A DNA stretch of 60,824 nucleotides, filler included, from Hausera hauseri (Eukaryota), in NCBI GenBank assembly GCA_046269625.1. It is 10 parts of 10 records of this genome, joined end to end, with 100 filler letters (N's around TTAATTAATTAA, not from the genome) between each part and the next. Parts side by side here need not be neighbours in the genome. Positions count along the whole stretch, not along the records: positions 32,279 to 45,641 come from JBJURY010844301.1; positions 45,742 to 49,849 come from JBJURY010757208.1; positions 49,950 to 54,443 come from JBJURY010555005.1; 7 more parts are not named here. The stretch is one strand, 5' to 3'. Shown piece by piece: positions 37,500-50,282 of the stretch. Position numbers and translations under genes: made by a program. How positions within the stretch are numbered: position 1 is the first letter of the stretch; every line of letters starts with the position of its first letter. Under the pieces are notes generated by a model, which worked only from the letters and a program-made list of their open reading frames with translations, was not told the DNA's origin and did not search any database.

Positions 37500-40400
37500 A
37501 CAATGTAATCGCGAAACTACACATAAAGTAAGGTATAAAAACAAAGTTCAATCATACACGAGGCCGGAAATAGAAATAGAAGTAAATGGGTACCCACTAA
37601 TTGCCTTAATAGACACCGGCTCCACAACCACAATCATGGGAAGGAGTCAAATATCTAAGGAATTGAAAAGTAAATTACGAAAGCTCGAAGAGACCCTGAT
37701 AAATGTAGGAACATTCGGAATGAAAGAGGAGATAAAGGTGGTTCTAGACGAAAAGATTAAAATTTGTGGCCAAATTATAAAACATACTATAGGAGTAGGC
37801 GAGAATCTAACTAACAAAATATTACTAGGATGTGACGTATTACAACAATTAGATAATGTATAAATTGATGCTAAGACAGGCCAACTTAGAAAATTTAACG
37901 AGAAGCGATACGAAGGAGCCGTTTCACTCATAGAAGATATTACCATCCCACCGCGAGCGGAAATAATAGTGCCTGGCAGAATAGGAAGGAAGATACCAAG
38001 AAGATCAGTTTATTTTGAGCCATCTCCATACGGAATGTAGAAATAACACATTTTAGTGGCATCACATGTGGATAAAGTAAGAGATGGAAAAATCCACTTA
38101 ATAATCAGTAACGCAGGAACAAAAAAAACGACTAAAACACAATATCGACTTGGGTCGGTAACGGCTATTGAAGAAATACTCAAGGATGAGATCAAGTCGA
38201 TTATCTCAGATGTAGATAAAATCGAAAAGATGATGTCGAAAAAATTAAAGTTGGACATTAACAAAGATACGGAAAATAAAACGACCACGATTAATTGGAA
38301 AGAGAAATTACAAAACTCTACGATACTAACAGAAGAGGAAAAAGAAATGCTACTTCAATTATTAGAAAATAATAGTGGTCGGTTCGCCCAAAATGACTAT
38401 GATTTGGAAACAATCAATATTATTAAACATGTTATCAAGTTAAAAGAGGGACAAGAGAAGCCCATAAAAAACGACCTTACAAATTAGCATATGATAAAAA
38501 GAAGCCCGAAAAATTATAAAAGAAATGAGAAAGAATAAAATAATACGACCAAGCTGCTCACCATGTACTGCTCCATCGTGATGGTCAAGAAGAAAGACGG
38601 TACGATGAGATTTTGTATAGATTATAGGGCATTAAATGAGGTAACAGAAACCGACACTTATCCACTGCCAAAGATCGATGAAATATTGGATAAACTACAT
38701 GGTGCAACGATATTTACCACTATCGAGCTACAAAAGGGGTTTTGGCAAGTGGAGGTGAAAGAGGAAGATAAACCTAAAACAGCCTTTTCGATAGGAGAAG
38801 GACTATTGGAATTCAATAGAATGCCGTTTGCATTAAAAAACGGACCGCCCACATTCCAACGAGGAACGGAACTACTACTCTTAGACGCACCACATGCCAT
38901 GGTATATATCGATGATGTAATAATTGCATCGTCGGATTTTCAAAAACACCTGAAAGACTTACAGGATCTCTTTGATAGATGTGAGATCATGGGTTTGAAA
39001 ATAAATCCAAAGAAATGTATGTTCGCTCAATCCGAAGTTGATTTTCTCGGACACCGAGTTGATAGAAATGGTGTAAAGCCCCAGGATAGATTAATAGGGA
39101 AAATAAAAGATTTCCCAAAACCAACTACAGTAAAAGAATTACGGCAGTTCCTAGGATTGGTAAACTACTACCGCAGATTTATAAAAGAGTTTAGCAAAAT
39201 AGCAAAACCACTGTACAAACTATTACGGGAGGATTTAGAAAAAGTGGTATGGACCAGTGAGTGTCAAAAGGCCTTTGATAATTTAAAAGAAAAACTATTA
39301 AACGCTCCTATCCTCATATACTCAGATATGACCAAACCATTTATATTAGCAACTGATGCGAGCGATTATGGAGTGGGAGCAGTACTATCACAGAAAGATA
39401 AGAATGGTAAAGAATACCCGGTGGCATACGCGTCAAAGAAGTTAAACAAACACCAGATAAAATACTCGGTAATCGAAAAAGAATTACTGGCAGTAATTTT
39501 TGCTTTAGAAGTATTCTCACCTTATATAAGTGAGAACAAACTGTTAGTGGTATATACCGATCATCGACCGGTACAATGGTTGAAAAATCATGAGAATCCT
39601 AACAGTAGATTATTACGGTGGGCATTAAAGTTGCAACAGTATACATTGGAATTTAAATACAATCCAGGTTCGCGAAATACCAATGCAGACTACTTATCAA
39701 GAATGCCTCAGGAAGCAAAGACAAAAGAAGTAGTAGCGGCAATATAGAGTATGGACGGGTCAGCAGAAAAAATAAAGGAGAATCAGCGGGAGGATTCGGA
39801 AATAAAAGAAATCAGAAAATTTTTCCAAAACAAAATAGTACGAAAGACAGGGAGTTAGCTAGACACCTAGCTAGATTTGGGGAAGCCTACGAAGAAAAAG
39901 AAAGATTTCTATATTATATACATCAAAATGGACCTGCACTGGTAATTCCGTAGAAAAATAGAACGGTATTATTAACACAATATCATGACGGATTACTAGG
40001 CGGACATCAATCGGTAAGTGAAAATGTAAACAAATTAAAGAGGAAATATTTTTGGCCCTCAATGGCAAAAGATGTTCAAGACTAGTGTGATAGTTGCAAG
40101 TTATGCGCCACTAGAAAAAATACTGGAACAAAGTTTAAAGCATCTTTAAAAGTATGGGATAATCCACCGGCTCCATTCGAGTTTACAGCTATGGATATAA
40201 CGGGACCCCTACCATTAACAAGAAACGGTAATAGATATATCTTAGTGTTTATAGATTATTTTACCCGGTGGGTAGTGGCCCTACCTATGCCTGACATGAA
40301 GGCGGATACTATTGCAGGAAGGTTTGTGGAAAATATAGTATTTAACTATGGAGCTCCAAGGATCTTACTGACGGATCAAGCATCTAATTTAACCGGCCAG

Positions 40401-41040
40401 GTAATGCAAGCCATATACGATATTTTACGAATTTTGAAATTACGGTCAACACCGGGACATCCAGAAAATAATGGAATGGTAGAGCGATATATAGGCGATT
40501 TGAAAAACAAATTACAAACCGTAGTCAATACAAGGCAGGATGACTGGGACTAATATATCGATGCGTGTGTTTTCGTAAATCGAACCTCGGTACACGAAGC
40601 GACGAAGGAAACTCCATTTTATTTGATGTACTTAAGAGATGCTAGGATACCAATTGATCTCGATTTTAATACTAAACCTATTTCCCATTTAATGGAAATA
40701 GAAGAATATAAACAAGTTATGAAGGAGCGATTGCAACTAGCATATGATCTAGTAAAAGAAAATCAGAAATATTATAAGGTAACCTATAAGAAATATTATG
40801 ATAAGTAGACTAACCAACCCAAAATTCAAGTAGGAGACTCTATGATGTTATTCACTCCATTGATTAAAAAGGGGAAAACATCGAAATTAGAGAGGCCATA
40901 CAAAGGACCTTACAAGGTGGAAAAAGTAGATTTGCCCAATATATTTCTCAAGAAAAATAATATCGTTTCAAAGGTTCATATTAATAGGTGCAAACCGGCA
41001 GCTAAAGAAAGTAAACTTAGAAAGGATGAATCAGACAGAG
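37500..41040 (+). pseudogene. pol: pol: protease, RT, RNase H, integrase
   Basis: ALIDTGS (37612), ILLGCD, MRFCIDYRALN, YIDD, TDASDYGVGAVL, TDHRP, ADYLSR, HDGLLGGH...CDSCKLC, MDITGPLP, LTDQASN, NGMVER, PYKGPYKV. Confidence 0.95.
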
Positions 41041-41069
41041 TTAAGGCGATAACGGACAAACCCTGTAGG

Positions 41070-42431
41070 GCTCCCAGCCTAAGTAAGTACGTGGTATTGC
41101 TAATTGCCTTCTACTGTCCGGTGAAATAGCACAATTGACCGAAAAGGACAAAAATACGTCATTCGATTGCAATATTTGAGGATTTGTTATTGAAGAGTAT
41201 TCAGTATCAAGTACAATATGACAAAACAGGTAATAAATGTGTGAAATTCCATACTATAATGCCTATATCCGCCCAATACATGATAGGAATCCAAATTATA
41301 TCTTCGCGGTCTAATCAAAACCCCCTGGAACGTAAATATGGTTGCATACTAAGCCATTGGAAATTGGAGACAGAATGTATCATTGAAGAATCAGGTATGC
41401 ATGAAGTATATTATACACTAATTAAAAACCAAGATGATTATTATCGAAGTCTATATACAAGAAGGATGAGATCTATATTAATCCCTAATCGTCGCCACAT
41501 GAATGAAACCCAATTGGATGCAATAATAATCGGTCAAATCATAGCTAGATCCATAGGATTTAAAAGTGGTAGAAGTTGTATCGAAGTAACAAGTAAAATA
41601 TAATTAGAATATATAAGATGGATAACAGTATATATAAAAGAGGAGTGAAGTCAAAACCGGGTACCTATGAAATGCTACATAACGCACGAACAAAGACAGA
41701 CTTGTTGTAACGTAACCCGAAGGAAAATCTATAGTGTGAAATACGCATTAATCCGAAAAGAGAATGGGTGGCTTAAAAACAAATTGAAAGTAACTGATCC
41801 AACTATGTATATACGATATAAGAACCTTATAGAACGAGATGAAAAGAAAGTAAACGACACGGTACCGGTGGTGCAATCCCCGCTGATACATGGAAGCAAA
41901 GATAATGAAAAGGAGATAACCATATTAGTTAAACCTTACACCTCCTACATAAGTCAGAAACGTTCCATTTTGGAAAATGTCACAATTATCACGGCCCCGA
42001 CTTCTCTAATAATTTCTGTAAGGCCGGACCTTGATTTTTCAATAATAAGATTCACGTGCAAAATGCGAAATAACATAGTAGCCAAAGGTATAATAACTCC
42101 AGACGATTTGATAGCACCCTGCGCGACCCTTATTCCAAACATGACATATGCAGTTATTCTGCAGTTAATCGGCAGTAATAACAAAATCATATCCACCAAA
42201 ATCTTAACAGCACAAACCAAAAGTAATGTGATAATAAAACCATTGCACAAAGAGACAAAATATTCATACAAAACCACCGTGAAACTGATGCGCGCCACTT
42301 ATACTCATTCACGAATAGAGTTAATAATTATCAGTGTAACAGTTCCCCTTGCAGTAGTCATCATAGTGGAAATATCAATGAGTAATTCAATATATACGAA
42401 ACCGCCGCAGACACCAATGGATAAGGATTGA
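41070..42431 (+). pseudogene. Post-integrase putative type I membrane protein with an FN3-like domain
   Basis: Hydrophobic YVVLLIAFYCPV at the end of the integrase frame; Cys-containing ectodomain ORFs 41184-41603 and 41667-42431; LIPNMTYAVIL (FN3 L.P.T.Y.V motif); TM-like LIIISVTVPLAVVIIV. Confidence 0.5.
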
Positions 42432-42663
42432 CTTGCGACGGATGCAAAATAACTTTGAGGTATCAACTTCAACCTGACGATGGTGTAACCGGATTACGAT
42501 ACAAGTAATCCAGAAATTAAGGATAATTAAATATGTGATAGTTACCCTACAATTTTGGCTAAATATAAACAAAAGCATACCGGTTACCGCAGTTGGGTTG
42601 ATAACTGTTATGATATGGTTAAGTGATATACATATTCTATTGATTTTCTTTTTTATAGACATC

Positions 42664-43883
42664 ATGTCAATTCAAACCCTCCAAAGAAGCAAGAACTGGT
42701 TTGAAAATGCAAAAAATCATCTAATGAATGCAAATGCCAACAATCCGTGTTATGTGATATTAAACGAGAATACATATAGCCTTAACTATGCATTTGTCCA
42801 ACAAATTCCGAACAACCTCAAAGGCTACTCTCAAAGCCACCGATCTCTCGCATTGATACAGATGACCAAGGCCACTTCGTTCTTGATATCGGATATAATT
42901 ACCTTACCAGATAAATATCACAGTTTAAATGCCTACGATATAATTGGAAAGTTTCAACTCAAAGCGAAAGAAAGGAAAACACAGCAACAAGGTGACTTCA
43001 TCAGTTTGGACCCAAATAATGCAATATCACTAGAATTTAAGTTTATAAAAAATAACGTCACTAAAATCAGATCATTAACTTACCAAATTATGCTGGCGTT
43101 AGAAGTCATTAAAGCAGAATCTTTTTGGACCACACCGATCCATGGAAAAGCGTTTAATCTGGTTGAACCAGACTATCTCAAATATGCCACTATTCCGTAT
43201 CGTCGAATACCATCTATAACTACCGATGAAATTGTAATTGTTGCAGTCAATCTAGTCTATGATCAATTTAATCAGTTTACACGTATTGAGTGTTCAGTCA
43301 TCAATCTCTGAGGCGATTCTTTATTTTATGCTATCATTATTCCGAGACAGCGAATCAACAATTACGATTCACATATAACGGGTCTATTCGAAATCAACAC
43401 ATCGGTCAGATGGATGAGAATACATTTTATCAAAGAATAGCCGAAATACTAAATGACAAATTGATAGTGGGAGCTGCAGTTTATGAGATGCTAACTAAGC
43501 ATCTCAAAGTCCCACTCAGACGGATCCTAGGAATTCGTGATATCCTCTATCACGAAGATGTGATCCAAAAATATGAACTAACTTCTTCTATCTATAAAGA
43601 GCTTGCAAAACGCATCTACGAAATGCGTGCCATGCTGTTACGCAGCGCAACATTAGTACAATGTTATCAAGTAATTTATAACAGTTTAACATGGAAGGAT
43701 GAAGAAATAAACGATAATACACCTGCCGATAAACTTCTCAAAAGGGCATCTCTAACATCGTTAAGGAAAAGAAAGATTGAAATCGACGAAGCAATTACGC
43801 TGGATGGCGAAACCTACATGCATGATGGGATACGATGCAAAACCTCTACAGGCAAGACATTCTTTCAACCTCTTCCTCAGTAA
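42664..43883 (+). pseudogene. ORF with C-terminal ISG20/REX4-like DEDDh exonuclease fold (catalytic acidic residues not evident)
   Basis: Reading through the TGA at 43309 and one frameshift gives CSVINL*GDSLFYAIIIPRQRINNYDSHITG..RNQHIGQMDENTFYQRIAEILNDKLIVG, which aligns with ISG20-type CSLVN..G.VLYDKFIRP...ITDYRT.VSG....HM..A..F.....EIL.LL.GKLVVG. Confidence 0.6.
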
Positions 43884-44349
43884 ATTTGGGACAATTTACT
43901 CTAACCCCCCATCGAAATTGACGAATAATCTGAACATTGATAGAATGAAATCATTTTCTTGCTAAACTTATTTCATCAGCTCATTAGCTAAATATTAATT
44001 ATTGTGTCATGATATCCGTTTTATTGTGTCATGATTTCCGTTAACGATTATCATATGTTTTATAACTTTTTAGTAGATGTTTTTGGTGAGCACTGAATTA
44101 ATGATATTGATATCGCTTTTAATATTAGTTTTTTGTATAATATTTCATTTATCTGGAACAAAACTTTGTATAGAAACATATGACCAATCAAGTATAAATA
44201 TTTGATAATTTTTAGCGAAAATTAGAATAAAGTCTTGCTTATCATCTATCCGTTTTTTTGTATACCTCCGTAAGAGTTTATGCAATTGTTAACTTATCAT
44301 TTTTCTTTTGTTGAAATATTATATTTGGTATACTATTATTGTTCATTGT

Positions 44350-44636
44350 TGATCTTAAGTAACTGAGTAACTTACTAAGTCAAAATAATCTTTTGGAACA
44401 TCGCCGTCCAGGTCTACCCTACCTGACGGCAACCCGTCTAAATACCTAAGTAATCAGAGCCTATTAAAACCGTAGTAAGTAATTTAATTTGTACAGGCCC
44501 ACAGCCTACTTGACCCCTACACACAGAAATAGGATAGGGTTAGGTAAGAGTACGACAGCTGAAACGAACCTTGTTCACCCATTAATTCACAAATTCTCGG
44601 AAGCCTCTCCCTGGTGAGATTAGTGGGGATTGAACA
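44350..44636 (+). repeat. Second LTR (5' boundary not determined), ending ACA
   Basis: Diverged but colinear with 32345-32643. Confidence 0.75.
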
Positions 44637-44638
44637 AC

Positions 44639-44657
44639 TGGTTCCGTGACCCGGGAT
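44639..44657 (+). promoter_or_regulatory. Primer-binding site, probably tRNA-His
   Basis: TGGTTCCGTGACCCGGGAT compared with TGGTGCCGTGACC/T..GAT expected for tRNA-His; 2 nt after the LTR-terminal CA. Confidence 0.6.
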
Positions 44658-44684
44658 CTAGAATCAAGAAACCTTTAGATAGCA

Positions 44685-45641
44685 GACGAATAAACCGTTA
44701 AGATTACGACTAGGAAAGGGATACCGTATAAAGTAGACTCAGACGATAACTTACCATTTGGGTTATAGTTTATAGCCAATTTAAGTGAAGAAGAGGAAAA
44801 CGGAATGGCCCGAAATGAACATAATGTAGAACAGGTAATACAGTCGAAAGCGGACGTCACCCTTCTAATGATAAAGTTTTCAGGGAAAGAAGATATACAA
44901 GATTTCCTCATGGAATATGAGGTATATTCCAAGAGTTTTGGATGGAATGACCAACAACGAATGGAGAGGTTACCTCTCCACCTGAAAGGAACTGCATTAA
45001 CGATTTACTTCCAAATGCCAGAGGAGGATAAGAAGGATTAGAAGACTGTCAAAGATAAGTTACCCCAAAAGTTCCTAGTTGATCCTTCAGGAAAAGGAAG
45101 GATAGAGGAGTTTATACGAAGGAGGCAAAGAAAAGACGAGACAGTCCAGGATTTCGTCTGTGCACTGGAAAAGTTAGCCGCAAGGGCTTATCCCGATGCA
45201 GTAATACGAAATAACGCTTTGTTGGCTCAATTTCAATATGGATTAGAAGGAAAGTTAAGAAGCATTATATTACAAGCCGACCCCTCCACTTTTCAAGAGG
45301 TAATTAGGAAGGCTCGAAAGGCCGAACGGGACGCTGAATTGTATAAATGGACGAAGTCAAAAGATAGTGCAAATAATTACAAAAGAAGAAATAACAGTAC
45401 ACAAAGGTACCAGAGATACGATAAAAATCAAAGCTCCTGACAAACATCAGCCACAGAGGCTGAGTCTGATGTAGAAAAGAAGGTAAGATTCAAGTTAAAG
45501 AACGATGGGGAAAAGTCAAAGAAGTATTCCATTAAAGATGGCCGTTCGCTGCCAAGCATAGATTCAGAGGGTAGGTTAAAATGTTTTAACTGTAACAAAT
45601 ATGGCCATATAGCAAAGACGTGTAGATCACGCAGGCGAGAA
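44685..45641 (+). pseudogene. gag: Second, diverged gag copy (truncated by contig end)
   Basis: Colinear with 32697-33650; intact CFNCNKYGHIAKTC zinc knuckle. Confidence 0.9.
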
Positions 45642-45741
45642 NNNNNNNNNNNNNNNNNNNNNNNNNNNNNNNNNNNNNNNNNNNNTTAATTAATTAANNN
45701 NNNNNNNNNNNNNNNNNNNNNNNNNNNNNNNNNNNNNNNNN

Positions 45742-47356
45742 CCGAGTTTTTGAATGAAGAAATGGTAATCTTATCGGGATAAATTGTGAAAAATCACCGG
45801 GATAAATTGTACCCGTTTACATCTCAAATTACAATTGCTGCATGCGGGACCCAGATATTTTCAGGTAAAGTGATCATGATCACGTACTTTGTAATTTCTT
45901 TCCGTAAGTGGATTTTCACACAAGTAGCACATTGTTGCCTGGTTGTGATGTTCTCTTTCTTCCCTCCGTAATACGTTCATAGGTTTATTAGCCATTATTT
46001 CTACATTCATGGCAATTTTCTCCAATTCCTTCATGAATACTGTTGCTGCATTCGGTCATCGGTACAGAAACGGTTCTTCGCTGTAACCTTTTGCAAAGAT
46101 GCAAAATGATATGTGTTATTGTTGTATTTGACTGCTCGTTTTGTGAATTACATGTATACACTGGTTGTAACATGGCCTCAAAATCACAGTAAATTACAAT
46201 TGGAAAATGTTTTTTTTCTTATTCCTTAAATTCTATGTAACTTTCATCGGAAAATTCAGCACGGACAGATTGTTTCGCCGAACAGTACAGCTCATATTGT
46301 TCCAATTTCGTCCACTGTAGTAGTTTATTAAACATTGTTCGCATATAAATAAGAGCCTTTTATTTCTGGATATTTGTGAACCGACAAATCTGCTGAAATG
46401 ACAAATGTATAAAAAATGAATTCTTTCTTCATCACTTATCAACAACAAATCTTGGTGATCATCCTTTTCTTCTTTGCAGATTTTCAACGGATATATTTTC
46501 CTTGTTTCTCTTCTATACCGAATACATTGATTGACACATTATTATTGACATTTTCAAATTTTTTGAATTCATGCATACTTGGTGGAAATTGACTGATTGT
46601 GGAAAAATCATATGGATGCTGTATATTGTTATATTTATTTGCCCTGTTTGGATTTTGTTCATTTGCATCTATGAGTATTTTTGTTAAAACGGCATATTTG
46701 AAGCACAGGTTGTCGTTGTAGTTCATCACATTGATACACGACTTTGTGCTTTCAATCCAATCCGGCAGTGGTATATAGGATGATCCACCGATTGGCATAT
46801 ACTTATTGATTCTAATGTTCAGTCGTACTATGTGGTCTAATGTCCATCCGCTTTTCTTCGCTTCACTTTCATCTGCTTCGTGGACGATTTTGTTACTTTC
46901 ATTTTGAATAAATGCGTTGATATCTGTGTCCATCAAAACGGCTTTTCCGACTGTCTTGAATGCCCGTTTTGCGATTTCACCATCAATATTCGTGTAAATG
47001 GCTTCGAGAAAATAATTCACCTTGATTGCATTTAACTCCTGTACTGCGACCTCCAGAATACCAGCGATTTCGGATTTGTGATTTCCCATAAACAGGTTAA
47101 TACTCCTGGTTTCTGCCGCGTAGTGTTGTTGCGGTTCAATTGTATATTCGCCTACTCTTCAACTAAAGGCATGTCTGTCTGCTACTTTTTTCGTGGTGCC
47201 TTTTGGTGGTGGTGGTTTCAATGTATATTTTGATGCGTTGACCCTTCTTCTTTTTGTTTTTCGACACTTTGTTATGCCATTTGATGTTAAAGGGATTGGT
47301 GATGGTGGTGTTTCTGCTGCTGCTGCTGCTGTTGTTGTTGTTAAATTGTTCATCAT
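45742..47356 (-). pseudogene. Maverick/Polinton-type PolB, N-terminal half (copy C)
   Basis: KSGWTLDHIVRLNIRINKYMPIGGSSYIPLPDWI..KSCINV..DNLCFKYAVL, SINVFG, FICEQCL, IYCDFEAML, CATC, KVRDHDHF. Confidence 0.88.
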
Positions 47357-50181
47357 GTTGATTGATTCATTTAAATTTTTGCGTTTTCATCTCGACTGAA
47401 ATTGACCCAGGTGTGGCTCATGTTTATGTATAAATTTCCCGTACGTTGTTTTTTCATGTTTGGAATTGAGGTCAGATATAATATTGGTTTCCGTAATGTT
47501 TCATTACATAGTACTGCTGTCCGCATGGCATTATCGTCTGTATGGGTTTGAACGACAGACATAATGGTGATGTTGCATTCGGTGTATATGACTGCCATGA
47601 TGCATTTGGTGTGCATGATATTTGATCTGGTTTATTTGATGACGATGTTATTTGTACTAACTTTTCCATTTTGCTTATATCTTGAAATTGATTTATATGT
47701 TCCTTATGTTGGGCATAAAATTTCATGTGTTATGCCGTTTAGAGATCGACGGACATATATATCCTTTTTCTGATTCATATTTTCGAATTTTCTGATGATG
47801 CATCTTCGGATTTTCATGTTGCATGTTATTACAATATTTGGCATATGTTTCACACTAAAATTTTTTAATTTATCAAATGGAGAAATTAATCTTACTTTAG
47901 TCATTATAAACTTTTCAGCTACAGTATAATAATAATTGATTTTGTTTCCTTATCTTGTTTTTTTAACGCACACATTGTTTAGTTATATTATGTCCTTACA
48001 TTACCTTTCATTTAATCTTCTGTGTGTGTGATATAAAGAGATGTACTTTAAAAGACATCCATAGAATCGAAAAAATAACCGATATTTTTCGAAGGTATTT
48101 ATCTAAAACCGCATAAAAGTTCATGTGTTCAAAGTTCACATGTACATTGAAAATTCGTTTTCCTTTGTATACGTTGATGGACATGCTTAAAAACTTTCCG
48201 ACACACATATCCATAATCAGTAACCGACGACCGACGACTTCTGTTTGGGAATGAGTTATTTCCATTCGGACACCATTATGGAATAGCACCCGTCATGGGC
48301 TTTCGTTTCCTGTACTACACGATACTGGATTCCATCATCAGTGCACATACACACATGGGTGTCTGTTACGTCATCGGTGCATCGTGCACCTTTCTTTCCG
48401 GTGCTGTTCGCCTATTCATAGGCCGACAGTTATGGGACCATCAACCGTTGGTCGATAACGCTTCCCATTTACTCATAAACCATGGGCCGGTTCTGGATCA
48501 CTTTTTCGCCATCGTCCCATGAAGCTGCGTTCCATCCGATCGACTTCCTTCTTTCACATTCGATGTGCCATCGCTCGCCCATCATTTCTATGTGCCACAC
48601 TTGACCATCCATCATTTCCTTCTAACATCCGCATTTTTGGCATCGCTCCCCAGCTTCCGGGATGCATCGTACAGATTCACCGGTGGTATTTTTAAAATCG
48701 CCGTTCCCGAATTGCAAACCTAGTACCTGTGTGCGCATCAAGCACGCTTCGTATTGGCTGCATGGGAGATGATCCAGAACCGGCCTTTTTATACTACTCA
48801 AATTTCTAGAATGTCGACAGTCAAGAAATGATATTATTTTAAAAATGTGTTTATATGAATGTATAAAATATAGTGGATCATTTTCAATGCATGTTCATGT
48901 TTTGGCGGGCAAATTCGAGGCGTTCCTTCTTATGTCGTGACTGTGAGCGTGGAACCACAAATTTTTTTGATTGAATATGATTTGGATTTCTTTGTAAAGT
49001 CCGCCAAACAGTAGATTTGCTTGCCTCAAGATTAAAATTCTTCTTTATACCGTTGCACGATATTTCGTTATTCGAGGTTAGGCGGCATATTCTACTTTCA
49101 TCTCGCTAAGGTAACGTTCTCGTTTTCTTCTGATTTATTAGTCAATATCGGTAACGAGCAAAACGGTATCTCTTCATGATAATTAAGGTTTAATCTTTGA
49201 AGTCTGGATTGTAGAGGCTTTACTATATGGTGGACACATTTTGTCTTTCCATGGACTCTTGAGTTTTTTGAAGTTGCACGTTATGCATATGCCACAAAAT
49301 TTGGTTTAATTGTATAAGATTAAATGCCAACGTCAACGATGTCTTTTTGTTTGTGAGGTATAGCAGGGATAACAGAATCCGTCGTCCTCCTTTGGTAGGC
49401 CATGTACGGTTCCTTGAAATTAATTTTGCTCCTGTGCAATGTATCTATGATTAATACTTTACTGCATACACACATTGTACATTTCTTCACAAAGTGGAAT
49501 GCAAAATATAGAAGGTACTTAAACTAAACAGATTCTGTGGAAAAATGAAATAATGTATACAGTCAAAAGATTCTATGTCTTCAAGGATTAAATTTGAACC
49601 TGAGCTATCATTTCATTATTACGTATCGACCTTGGTCAACCACAATTAGATTTATTTTCTAAGGACTTTCTTTTTCTTTAAGTTATTTGTACCAATTCGT
49701 GATTATTCGATCTAATGGACATTCATTTACACATCTACAGGACTCATCACATCTGCATCTAGTCATAGTTTTTTATTAGATTTTAGAACAATCATAATTA
49801 TCCCTTTTTCGGTACACCACCTACAATATCATAAAATAGAAAGTGTTCGNNNNNNNNNNNNNNNNNNNNNNNNNNNNNNNNNNNNNNNNNNNNTTAATTA
49901 ATTAANNNNNNNNNNNNNNNNNNNNNNNNNNNNNNNNNNNNNNNNNNNNCGAAAACCAATCAATCGATTTAAATTCTAACTGCACATTCACATACAACAT
50001 CAAGTGCACTACCGATTGCACCCGGTTTTGAGTGCTAATCATCGATTTTTGAATTTTCGAAAATCCAATATTATTGATTTTTGCACACTTGCACATGTGC
50101 TGCACAGTCGCACTTGCACCTATCGATGTTCACTAATGTGCACTATCGATTAGCACAAAGTGCAGATCGATTCGATCAACA

Positions 50182-50282
50182 GTGCACTGTGGAGCGATCG
50201 ATTTGTCAAAAGTGCCCTTAGCAACGATTACTAATGGCAACGTTGCTAGGCACTTTTTGGATCGATAGTGCTCCGGGTGCAC
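50182..50282. repeat. Imperfect inverted repeat within an ATCGAT/GTGCAC-rich tract (49950-50310)
   Basis: GTGCAC..GGAGC.ATCGAT..AAAAGTGCCCTTAGCAACG / CGTTGCTAGGCACTTTT..ATCGAT..GCTCC..GTGCAC. Confidence 0.65.

Larger units (their letters stand above)
32279..44636 (+). mobile_element. Complex Ty3/gypsy element: LTR-PBS-gag-ORFX-glycoprotein-PR-RT-RH-IN-membrane protein-exonuclease-like-LTR (decayed)
   Basis: All components are co-oriented between two related LTR/PBS blocks; see component features. Confidence 0.85.
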
